Of a stretch of DNA of 64,000 nt, positions 52,423 through 63,675 are shown piece after piece (position 1 is the stretch's first letter; every line of letters begins with the position of its first letter). Both the position numbers and the translations under genes were made by a program. Under the pieces are notes generated by a model. That model had not been told where the DNA came from. It saw nothing but the letters and a program-made list of their open reading frames with translations, and made no database searches. Source of the DNA: Takakia lepidozioides. Lineage: Eukaryota; Plantae; Bryophyta. The stretch covers positions 79,608,001 to 79,672,000 of the forward strand of contig CM060731.1 of the NCBI GenBank assembly GCA_030704615.1. Direction: 5' to 3'.

Positions 52423-55400
52423 CTAGATTTGGGAAAGTGGGGTATAAGGGTGGAGAAGCTTGAGTAATTCCCAGCAGTTCCATGACGCATGTACATTTGT
52501 TGTTGCATGCTGTGTGGGTATGGCAGGAGAGGTCGTATGATTACTGTGGAGACGTGCCAAATTGTGGTGTAACGCAGGAGCGAGTATCCTAATACATGTT
52601 GGGCTGCTCGCCTTAGTGGATGCGTAGGCGCTAGCAAATTGGCAGAGTTTGCCGGGTAAACGCATGATATAGGGCAAGCAGTGATTACATAGGGGCAGCA
52701 GAATTGAAGGGAGAGATGCTTGTAGAGTTGGTAAGGCCTGATACAGAAACACCTTTTGTGGGTTATCAGGTAGGGATGTGGGGTGGTTTGTGTCAGTTCG
52801 TGATACTTTTGGGATAAAAGGTGTGGTGTTTATAGAAGAATCAATGCAGGTGATACAAGGTAACACGGAATTTGCAGTACGTGTTGGGTGAGCCCAGGCA
52901 CTCCAGAGCATGTTGGTCGTAGACATGAAGTGTGATATATTGTAAGGAAAGCACTCTGTGCGATTGGCTTGCAGTGTCTCGTTTTTACTAGCACAGATTG
53001 TGGTGACTGGCAACGCTCTGTAAGTATAAAACTGAGGTACCAGGGGAAGGGCTCTTGGTAGACGGCATGTATAATTGTTAATGAGTATGATGGAGCTTTT
53101 TGGCACCCTAAGACACAGAGAGGCAGCTCTCCATCGTGTCCAACCATTCTGGTTGTGTGGGAGATGATACTTGTGAGGGTTGGATTTAAAAAAGGCTATA
53201 TTGTATTGCCGAGGGCCTTTGGGTGAGACACTTAGTGAGAGAAAAGGTTCAAGATAACAAGAATACAGATTGGACAGAAACTGCATACGAATATTGATCT
53301 GAGGACTTGTTGGGATAAGTAAATAGTGGCAGGTCTGAGTGCCATGGAGATGAGGATGCCAATGTAAGGGGAGCCAATCTCTGGGGAAAAGATAACATTT
53401 CCGAGAGCCTTGTGAGGGGGGTATGTGGAAGCAGGAGCAGGCGACATTAACTAGATAGCGTTCAGGAGAAGAATAATGCGATTGGGACTCAGACTGCATT
53501 AGATTATTGTTCCTAGAATCGTGTGGGATAAGTATACAATAGCAGTATCGAGTGTCATGATTGAGATAACAAACATACGGGTGGGACACAAACCACATTC
53601 GATTATAGGTCTGATAGCCATGTGGGATAAGTAAATAGTGGCAGTTTTGAAAGCCATGTAGATGATGATACCAAAGTAAGGGGAGCCAATCGCTAGGGAG
53701 AGAACAGTGTTTCTGAGAACCTTTTGAAGGAAGTCTGTGGGGGCATGTGTGTGCAAAATAAAGATAACATTCGAGAGAGCAATAGTGCGAATGGGACTGA
53801 GACTGCAATAGATTGTGACTCCGAGAACCGTGTGAGATTAGTATGTGATAGCAGTATCGAGTGTCATGTAACTGGGGGGGACAATGAAAGGGAGAATGGT
53901 TACTGGGGAAAGGACTCCATGAGATCACATCAGCCGACATTTGATGTGCATCATTCAATCTCCTGTGAGAGTAACTTTGGTGCCTTTGTGCTTGTGACAA
54001 TTGAGCTGGTAGAGATATTGTTACCTCTTCAGCAGTTGGCTGGTTGTGTAACATATCCAATAAGCCTATGTTCTTCTTCTCCTTGAAGTCCACCAGGACC
54101 TGCTGCTCAGCCTTCACATTGAGTATACATATCAGAAGCACGCCATGCTTGCCAAAAGTAGTTTTAGGATGGTGTTGATGGCGCTTCCAGTAAAGTTGGA
54201 GCTCATGGGACTGACTCAAGTTTTTGTGTAGCATTTGATGACAGGTTGCCAAAGCCTCCAGCCTGTCCATCACTACACCGGCCTCCCGGATATTGTCGTA
54301 TTTGTACCGAAGCTGTTTTTGGGCACTGGCTGGCAGACCTGCTGGCAACTTATTTACAAACTTGGGGCTGGAATCAGTTAAGTGATTGTCATGGATGTAG
54401 ACCCCACTTCGGGCCCTGGAAACACACCCATGTTCAGCATATCCAGCAATCAATGTAATCCATGAGACCACAACGCGTTCAGTCAACTTGTCAAGCATTT
54501 GGCATGTAGCCTTTGTGCTCCCGCATTCGGCATACGTGGCAGGAGGGGCAGTCTTCAGATTGGTATCTTTCATAATGCCGGCTTTAATGATAACATCATG
54601 AACCTCCTTGCCCGATATCTCAGAGAATATGTACAAACCTTGCAGCTTACTTTCATGTGTGGGGTTGGAAACAAGTAAGTGGCTGCCACAGAAGTAGACC
54701 CCACATCGGGCCCAAGATACTAAGAGAGGTTCCATATTGAGGGTGGCTGTTACACAAGTAGCTTCCCTCAGCTTTGCATGGAGCGCCTCTGACTGCTCCT
54801 GTTTCATTCGTGTGTGACTCTCTACCTCTAGTGAATGCTGCTGCAGCAACAGCTCATGCTCGTTCAGGTGCAGCCAGTTCATCCGCTGCAGCACACGCTC
54901 CTCAATTGGGTCAGTTGTTGTAAGTGTGGCGGTGTTTTGGAAATCACAGGTCCTCTGAGCAGCACCCTTACTTTGGTAGTAGCTGTTCAGTGCATATGAT
55001 GCATGGGAAGCCCTCGTGTTGGGTAAGTAACATGTTCCCTTTGATTGTATGGCTGAACAGTTGGCCCGACCACAGGCATAATCCAAAGCAGCTTGCAACA
55101 TACTATCACTGGCCCCCTGTATTGCAGCACACCGAGTTCTGCTGGTTGTTGAATTGATGCCTACATCTGGGATGCCAGTTCTAGTTAGGGCAAGTGCGTA
55201 AACGACAGACAGGTAGGCATTGAAGACACCATGGTTCCACTGCAAGGTGGGGCTGACGCCCTTATCCTCATTGAAAATTTCATAGAGAAATGTATCGATC
55301 ACAATGCCATGTCTGGCAAGAGGCCCAGTCTTGTTAAGCATATGCTTGATGAGATTGGTGTTGTAGGTTTGGGCAGTTGAAGCTGACACTCCAACCTCAT

Positions 55401-57185
55401 TAATATCCCCCTGTGTTGGCCACCCAGTCTCACTGATAACAACTGTGACATCTGAGTGATTAAGTGCAGCGATGGCAGTGTAGACATCATCCAGAATAGC
55501 AACAACCATGTTGGACGTGTGGAGGAACGCAGTGGCTGAATTCACATCACCTCGGTTGGGCTCGAATAGTGCATACTGAAGGGATATGACCTGTGAGTTC
55601 TGCTCATAGGCTGTAGAGGGGTATGAATTGAGCATGAAGAGAGACCCTGTTTCTGACAAGAAGTCCAGCATTGGTCGAATTACAGTCGTGGCAAATGTGC
55701 TGTTGGAGGTGCTCCTGGAGGAAGGGTAGGGGCTGCTAAGAGACACCACTGCGTAGGGGGTGGACACTTTGGTTTGCCCAACCAAGCCATTGGCCACCAG
55801 CCCTGAGTGGATGCAGTTCCTGGTAGGGAGTAGCAGCAGTGCAAGCGATGAATCACCAGTGGGGACCTCGTTGCCAGCGGCAATAGCAGTGATGTTGCAA
55901 GTCGATGCAAAGGGTACAATGTTGTGCTTTACCCATGTTGAGGCGGATGAATTGCTCTCGCCCAGGCTCAACGCCTCGTCGTTAAGCATCCCCCCTGCTA
56001 GCCGGATGTTTGAACCTTGAGAGGCCTGCATAACTATGTCATTTGTGTCGTAGATGCGCACATACAAAATACCCTACGTCTTCAGCAGCTGAGCCTTCTG
56101 CTGCGGTGCTGGCAGGTTGTTGCCGTTGGTTCCATAGTTTAGTCCTTGCGCTTGTGTATTTTTGAAGCCGTTGCACTTGCGCCGCACCATCACGTCGCAG
56201 CCCTGAGCCACATACTCGGTCTGTCTCGCAATGCGCCAGGTGTAGTCTAGCGTGTTGATCTCGAGGCTGTTGTGTGAAATCTTCATGAAAATGGGCCAGG
56301 GCAGGAGAACGGCTACCTGCTCCCAGCTGTAGGCAGCGTGAATCTTGACAGAAGGCCAGCATGTCGGATCGAAGTCATAGATGAGAGACCTCCTTGCTTT
56401 TGGTCAATGAGGGAATAACAAGAAACAACGACGCTTGGTTACTCCAACGCATACAAAGGGCGGAGCTGAGATGATACCTTTTGTCAGGCGGCGGGGCTGG
56501 AAAGCCGTGTGTAGGGATTGGGTTCGCCCATACGGAAGAGCTTTGAACTGGGGGAGCAGCCATGTTGGTCGAGCAAAAGAACTCCAGCAGCAGCGCACAG
56601 CCGAACCCTTCCACCGTCGGCAGCCAGTACTTGTGGTGTTGGAGAGCTCCAGCTTCGCACACGCGACAACAAAGTAGCTCCATGTATCGAGAGTGCAGCA
56701 GCATGCCGCTCTCGGAATCATTCTGCCCAACGTTGGCATTGCTATGCAAAAGCTCGAGCAGGGTCGCCTGGGCCCAATGCGGGCGGTAAGCTTGCGAGAA
56801 GGAGCTCGAAAAGCGCACATAAGGGTAGAGGTGATAGTAGTCAACATCAGAGCCACACGGCGGCTGGCTGTTTCTGCCATTGTTGCCTGAAAACTTGAAA
56901 GGGGGGACTTGAGGCCGCACTTGGCGAAGTTTCTGCGCGGGGTCTCTTCGAAGGTACGGAGAGGGCAGAAGGATATGCATTGTGGTCGCAGCTGGAGCGA
57001 GCTGGCTGGTGGCCTCCCCGATATGAGAAAAGTACCTTGAAAAAACAAAGATATGGAACCAAACGAAAGCTGTTGTAAGATAGCTTAAATTGAGCCTGGG
57101 AAGGATGTTGAGCTTTCTAGGCTGGTGTAGAAGAGCATGGCGGTGGCAGTTGCGTAGCAATGGAGTGAGCATTAGTCCCCGCCAT
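52423..57185 (-). pseudogene. Chimeric cargo ORF: unidentified fragments, GH17 beta-1,3-glucanase plus X8, coiled coil, PLS-type PPR repeat, His/Cys/Tyr-rich tail
   Basis: GCCGCCATGG start at 57185. Stops at 57117-57119, 56404-56406 and 56074-56076 plus one inferred frameshift, then 1,214 open codons. Motifs GLNYGTNGNNLP, VRIYD, AGNEV, SETGWP, LQAALDYACG..C..I..C…CDF..TATLTTTDP, and GKEVH…YAECGS…VVSWITLIAGYAEHG. Confidence 0.8.
53251..53868 (-). repeat. Diverged in-frame 309-bp (103-aa) tandem duplication
   Basis: HDTRYCY…DWLPL…CHYLLIP…CYL occurs twice, with unit starts at 53868 and 53559. Confidence 0.9.
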
Positions 57186-57365
57186 GGCGGCAACCCAAGC
57201 TAAAACTTAAGCAGAGGATAAACTGGCGGCATCACTAATGGGATAAGGAAATATTAACGTAATTGCTAAAAACTTTGGTAGAACCCTAAATAATAGTCAT
57301 GGTTACATAATATAGCTAAGGTAAGCGGCGGGAGCGCTCCGGGAGCGCTAAGGTGTACACATACC

Positions 57366-59250
57366 GATATTGTCAAGAATATATCTTCCCTTAACAAATC
57401 CAGCCTGCCCTGTTCTGATCAGTTGAGGAAGGAGGGGCTGGATACGAAGGGCTAGAGCCTTGGCGATGATCTTGTAGGCCACATTTAAGAGAGTTATTGG
57501 TCTGTAGTTGTCGATACTTGCTCTGTCTCCTTTTTTGAACAGAAGAGTAATAACTCCCTGAGACATGGCTTGGGGCATATGGCCATTGGCCTTTATTTTG
57601 TTGGACATGGCACAGAAATCCCCCGCTATGTGAGTCCAAAGAGCTTTGTAGAACTCTACTGGCATGCCATCAATGCCTGGTGCTTTATTATTGTTCATTT
57701 TCTTCAGCGCGTCTTCTAGCTCCATAGCAGTGAAGTCTTCCCCAAGGTAGAGGAAGTCCAAGGAGTTTAGTTTAGTGGGCACTACTTTCAAGCACTCTTT
57801 GAGCTTGGAGTGGTGAAGAGGGTCTTTTGGGTCTTTTGGGTCTTCCTGGAAGAGACTAGAGAAGTGGGAGAAAGCCAATCCACACATTTCTCTTGGATCT
57901 GATGTTGTAGAATGCAAGTTTTCAGAATGAAATTCCTGAATTCTTAGGATGGATCTGCGGAGCTTGACCTTCTCGAAAAAGTACTTGTACATTTTTTCGC
58001 CTTTAGCTGACCAGTTGATGGAGTTTTGACGTGCTTCCGGGCAGGTAGAGAGCGTGTGATCATCGCAATTAGAGGCTTCGATTCTCTTTTGGCAGACTCC
58101 GAGACATTTCTGAAGAGCCAGAGTCTTTCTTTTCCGCTCTGCCAAGATTTGTCTATTGAGTTCTTGACTTGCTTTGCTTGCAGCCACCAACTTAGCTTGG
58201 AATCTTTGGACGGGGCACAAGATATTATATCCATTTTGTGTCCAGGCATCCCTATGGCCTTGTTTGAAGGCTTGGATTTTAAGGTGGCTGGAATTTAGCC
58301 TGTAAATGCCTCTCCCTCTTTTTCTAGCATTAGGCATAGAAATAGTGCCAGAGACACATGTATGGTCAAATCCCTGTGCTATGGGGTCTTGAGGGTTAAG
58401 AGAGGCTCCATTAGAGATTGTCAAGGAAACGTAGATCCGATCTGATCTGGCCATGCTGAGCTCTTGGAGACAACGATTATTTGTCCAAGTGAAGGAGGGG
58501 TTGCATCCTCCCCGGCGGTTCAACGCATTGTCTATCTTTGCAAGGCTGTGGGTGTGCAGAAGTGACTCCCACTAGGTTTGCTCTTCGTGGCAAAGCTGTC
58601 CCGGGCTGGACCCTATTCTGTCTGACTCTTTCTCTACCATGTTGAAGTCACCTCCCATCACCCACGAGTGGGCAACAGATCTGGCAGAGATTTTTTGATT
58701 GATAAGTTGCCATAGAGTGGCTCGTTCTGAAGGGTTGTTGGGAGCGTAGATGTTTATGAAACCTATGGGGTCTAGGTCGCTTGGGAGCTTCAGGGAGCAG
58801 AATTGAACACGTCCTAACATCCAGGTTTCTTCTGCTATAAGGAATGGTTTGAGGGCGGGGGAAAGGAGGATTGCAGTGCCCCCTTTCGATCCTTCGTAGG
58901 AAGGTTTCCAAAGGGCCGCATCGGAGGGCCAGAGCTGGTCGGAAAGGTTGGAAATTTTAGAGTCCGTGAGCTTGTGTTCCTAGAGGAACCATTGCGTCTC
59001 CCTGTTGCAGAGGGCCAGAGCTGGTCGGAAAGGTTGGAAATTTTAGAGTTTGTGAGCTTGTGTTCCTGGAGGAACCATTGCGTCTCCATGTTGCAGAGGG
59101 CCAGCCAGGTCCGTAGTTTGAATTTTTTTTAAACCATTTGCTTTGGAAAAACAAAGCGAGAGAATAAGCCAAAGTTGGAGAGAAGGAGGGCTCGGAGGGG
59201 AGTGGGCTTAGCTTTTGCGAGGGAGAGATGCTCGCTATGAATGGAGACAC
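57366..59250 (-). mobile_element. L1-clade LINE, 5' part (APE endonuclease and start of RT), continuous with 37735-40745
   Basis: FLQEHKL, INIYAPN, MGGDFN, FTW, DRIY, KAPGIDG, NYRPITLLN, QAGFVKGRYILDNI. The 5' boundary is uncertain (GC-rich sequence continues to ~59760) and no ORF1 was recognised. Confidence 0.9.
58924..59104. repeat. 86-bp tandem duplication bounded by GAGGGCCAG microhomology
   Basis: GAGGGCCAG at 58924, 59010 and 59096. It frameshifts the LINE endonuclease. Confidence 0.92.
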
Positions 59251-61908
59251 CCAGGCGTACAGAGCTTGGCGGCTGGAGTTAATGTGGTTAGGATTATGAT
59301 TTCAGAGATGGTCGGGAAGGGATGAAGGTTCATCTTTGTCAATCCATGCGCAGATGAAGGGTACTAGGAAGTGGAGGAGGATGGGCCGGGGGTTTTTAGT
59401 TGTCGTTTTCCATGGTATTTTGGTACGTTCTAGGCAATGAAGATGAAGACAGGTTTGAGTAAGGTTTAGGCTGTGAAGGTCTGGGACAGATAAGGGCTCG
59501 ACTTGCACGAAGGACTTCTGCGTTCCAAGGAGCGAAACAGGGTGATGGAGCTCATTTCGATCGATTGAGAGCTTGTTGGGGAGGATTTGGCAAGCTGGTG
59601 CTGTTAATGGTGTTTTGCTTGGGAAGCTTCGAACCTGAGCAGCTCAATGGCGTAGCACGAAGGAGGTGGAAGGGGCAAGGGACCGTTGAACGTCTCTCTC
59701 ACTCTCACTCACCGCAAACCGCGGAGCTACATCGCTCCGACCAATCTCCCCTCTTGTCCATATTTTAAGAAAGTTGGATGGTCTCCACTTATTAATAACT
59801 AATAATTACCAATAATTTGTATTTGTTTTTGTAATTTTTACCTTTCTTTTGACTGGTTTGTTTGTTTGTTTGTTTTTTTTTTTTTTGCCTTTCAAATGCC
59901 TTGACAGGCACAAAAAGCAGCTTTGAGGAAAAGGGCATGAGTGGAGGGCCTCCCACCATTTGAGGGCCGTAGAGGAGGGCGGTAGCCGAGGCCAGGTCCC
60001 GAAAATGGTGGAAGGCCCGACATGCGGGCCCTTCCCCTACGTAAAGAACTGCCCGCAAATTTGCCCCCTATTTCTTTCCACCATCTTTATGTTTCCAAGT
60101 TTTGTTCAAGTGACGTCACATGATGTGCTGGCTTGTCAGAGTGAACGGCCATTATGTGCTTGAGCCCAGTAGGTTCCTCAGCCAATAGCACCAAAGAAAC
60201 ACTTAGTTAATGTACGAAAAAAATTGCTAAATGGATTTTCTACAGAAGAAAACATCCTTAAAAGAAAGACGCAGAAAGAAAAAAATTGAAGTGTAGCCTT
60301 ACGAATTCGGAAGGCTCCTGCCGCAAAACAGTAGTAATCCTACAATAACGTAAGATCACTATTTGTAAGGCATCGTCAGATTGGAGATTGCACCATGTAG
60401 GGCGACTAATTATACACAGCGCAATTCTCGGGCAGTTCTTTACGGTTGGGTTAGGGTGTTACCCCATATTCCTGATGTACCCCTCATGGACCTTACATGG
60501 TAATTTTTCCATGTTCTTTTCATATGATACAGGGCGTCCGTCCCCTTTCTTAAAAAAAACGCGTCTTATTTGTAATGATTGCAGGGGTGAGACCTTGCGT
60601 GTCACCCATACATTCGAGACCTTTGATATCCATTGTAACACATCTTTTGGAGTTTTCTTTCTTTGATGATTTGTTGGCTAGCGCAAGAGCATGATCTCAC
60701 CAACTCTCTATGGTCTCTATGTTCTTTATAGTTCTTCCTCTCCTTGTACCATATTTCTCTCTCGAATTTTATCGCTTTTGTACGACCTTGTTATCACCAC
60801 CTAAAAAGGGGCATTACCCGCATGGGGAAGAGGCTCTTATTTACGTTAGCTTTGGCTGGCGTCATATATATATATCACCATCTTGAAAAGCAGCCACTGA
60901 CCTAGCATCTACCCTAGTTCAGAAGAAATCAGTAGAAGTGAGAGGACAACATCATGGAGACGTGAGTAGCGATAAAATTGAAAAATAAAGCTAGATAAAC
61001 AGTAAAAAAATAAATTTATTGCATAGAAATCTAGTAAAATAATAACCTTGTAGGATCCTTTCCAAATTGCAAAGGAGCAGCTGACCTCTACCATAAGTTA
61101 GCTGCTGACATGGAAAACTAACTGCCATGTAGGATAGTTGACGTGGAAAACCTAAGGCCCTGCTAAGGAGAGGAGGAATGCAACAGATGATAGTTAGGTA
61201 GATTCAAAAATTTTAATCTTTGGGAAAATATGCCACAAGTTATGGCTTAGGTTTTTGCCTTACTGAGGGTTTTTCCCACAAGTTTTTTCATCGATAGATC
61301 TGTATTTATGAACGTGGGTGTGAAATACCTAGCTATGGCAACTCAAACAGACCAACAATTCAGTATGTATATGCCAGATAGCCACGGACTGGGAGGCATG
61401 GAAACTGGCATCCACGAAAAGCTTGACCAGGCACTTCCACCGCCTAATGTAATGTAATCGCTCAGGGAAAAGAATAGCAGTCAATTTGGATCTCTTGGAT
61501 CGGGGAGGAATTCTTGTGTACAACATTCACAGCTTGGCAATGCGAGTCCGAACCCGTTCAGGCTCCTTGTGATGCAACACGTCTCACGCAGATGCAGGCA
61601 GGAGGAATCACGGGCAGGCAGGTGAAGGATGCCGATGGACCCTACCATCGCACCTAATCAGCGTCCGTGCGGCAACAGAACACGATGAGCCGTACATGGA
61701 GCCGTACATTCCATGGAGTGGAGTGGGAAAGTGGACGCAGCAACGTATCAGTTGGAACTGTGAAGGAAAGAGCGATGACGCCTATTCTTTTTGCTGAAAT
61801 GGGAGGGTGATGCATCTTCTGTGTCAATGTCTGCAAAATTTATGCTGAGAAATAGACCGTCGCTGCTAGCTGTAATCCTCAAGAGAGCCGTAGAGAATCG
61901 CAAAGCAA

Positions 61909-63675
61909 ATGACAGGGAGACTACAGTTCGAAGGTGGGATTATCTCCGTTTTGAGTGATCACGTTCTGCTCAATATACTCGAAAGGATACCGGACCGTAT
62001 CGACCGGCAGTCATGGTCCATGGTTTGCAAACACTTCCTTTTCTTGGAAGCAAGTTGCAGGAAAGATGTACAACTTCTGAGATCCAAAGTTTTGTCGAGA
62101 ATTTTGCAGAGGTATAACAACCTCGAGCACCTGGATCTCTCTATGTGCATTCGTGTGGACGATGAGAGTTTGCAGACAGTCGCTAGGTTAGCAGGGAAGC
62201 GACTTCTTTCGATCAAGCTGTCCAATTCGCGGGGATTTACCAACTACGGACTGGCAGCAATTGCAAGTGATTGCGTTTCTCTCAGGGACGTCGATCTTAG
62301 TACTTGCTCACAAGTTGGGGACTCCGGTATTTCCGCCCTTGGTCAGCTCAAACACCTACAGAGCCTGAGCCTCCTTCGGTGCCGGAGAATTTCTGACATT
62401 GGTCTCGGTTGCTTGGCTGCCGGTTGCAAAGCGCTTCGGATTCTGAATTTGAGATGGTGTTTGGGAGTCACAGATACAGGCATCGGTTATGTTGCAGGCA
62501 GCTGCACTCAGCTGCACTCTCTTGATCTCTCTTACACTGATGTATGAAATGCTTCCTTCCCCCTTACAAACTGAGTCCAGTACCCCTGGTTGGTGCATTG
62601 TCTGTAGGAGAGCTTTTGACACTGCATAAGGTGGAGCTACCGTCTGTTAATTACCATTCACCTATCTGTGTATGTAGAGAGGCATTGTGATGGAGTCAGA
62701 GGGGAATCTTTGGAAAGTAAACTAGCTTGAACCTCATTCTTGTTCATAACGCCTAGAGAAGGAGGGTAGGGGTAGGAGTGGAAGGTGGTAGCTTCCTTAG
62801 CAGCGTTTGGTGACAAGGTCTTTCTGTTGTGGTGGTGCAGGTCACAGTCAAAGGCCTGTCATTTATTGTGCCTCTGAAGTACCTTGAGAATCTGATTCTC
62901 GTGTCCTGCAACAGCGTGAATGATGCTGGCTTGGAGTGTCTTAAGAATGGTTGCAGGTCCTTGCAGGTATAATGAAGTTGATTTCAGTGGTCTTTACCAG
63001 GGATGGATAAATATGTAGCTAGTTACCTATTTGCTATGGCAAGGAGTTTACTTGGAAAATCAGCTATCAGAACTGGATGTGGATTTCCAATGAACAGAAG
63101 GATTCAGTTTCTTCAAACTTTCAGGGGATTGGGCAGTAGATGATTCCAAATGGGGCTTTGTCCGGCTGGGGTGAAGTGCTATCAATGGCACTGTAACTGG
63201 GTGGCTCATAGCAACACCAGTTCACGAAGATGGAAGTGGTTGATCCTAAGTAGCCATGTGGATGTTGTTATGTCAGTTTGTCTTCTACCTGAACAAAACA
63301 CATGATTGTTACCTTACTTGTACTGTGTGCCTGCAGGGAGTTGAAGAAGATGAGCTGCTTCGTTCGATTATGGAGTAAATGACACTAGATACTGAGAGAT
63401 AGAGCGTTTTCTATCCATAGATGTAGAGATTGGTTTGTAAGTGAGACACACGTGTAGATACTCTTGAAAAAGGATGGCCTTCATACAGCTTTTCTCACTT
63501 TTTACCCTTGTCTCCAAGTCAAACAACGGATTGGGAACAAGAGCTAAAAATTTACTGGTGGCATTTGCAGAAGCTTGATGTCACAGGATGCCTGAATGTC
63601 AGCAGTCTGGGTGTCATGGCCCTGGCCAATAGCTCTGTGCCACTTCAACAGCTGTCACTCTCGTACTGTTTACCG
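61909..63675 (+). CDS. FBL3: F-box/LRR-repeat protein (FBL3-like), 5' exons 61909-62541, 62841-62966, 63571-63675; continues beyond the window
   Basis: F-box LSDHVLLNILERI..DRQSWSMVCKHF followed by Cys-containing LRRs (ISDIGLGCLAAGCKALRILNLRWCLGVTDTGI). Phase-0 GT-AG introns. The symbol marks family resemblance, not proven orthology. Confidence 0.9.

Larger units (their letters stand above)
40746..57365 (-). mobile_element. 16.6-kb Dualen/RandI-like dual-endonuclease non-LTR retrotransposon carrying a 5' cargo ORF
   Basis: 6-bp TSD GATATT at 40740-40745 and 57366-57371. Removing the insert restores host LINE RT GRYILDNILLVHEAASY. (TC)n tail at 40746-40792. Both APE and PD-(D/E)xK endonuclease motifs are present with RT and RNase H. 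Confidence 0.88.

Noticed and set aside
52423-56145. Ordinary functional host beta-1,3-glucanase gene
   Set aside because: No signal peptide, an in-frame TAG at 56074-56076, eroded conserved residues, fusion to unrelated fragments, and location inside a TSD-bounded retroelement.
57270-57365. HDV-like ribozyme at the element 5' end
   Set aside because: I could not find the P1-P3 nested pairings by eye.
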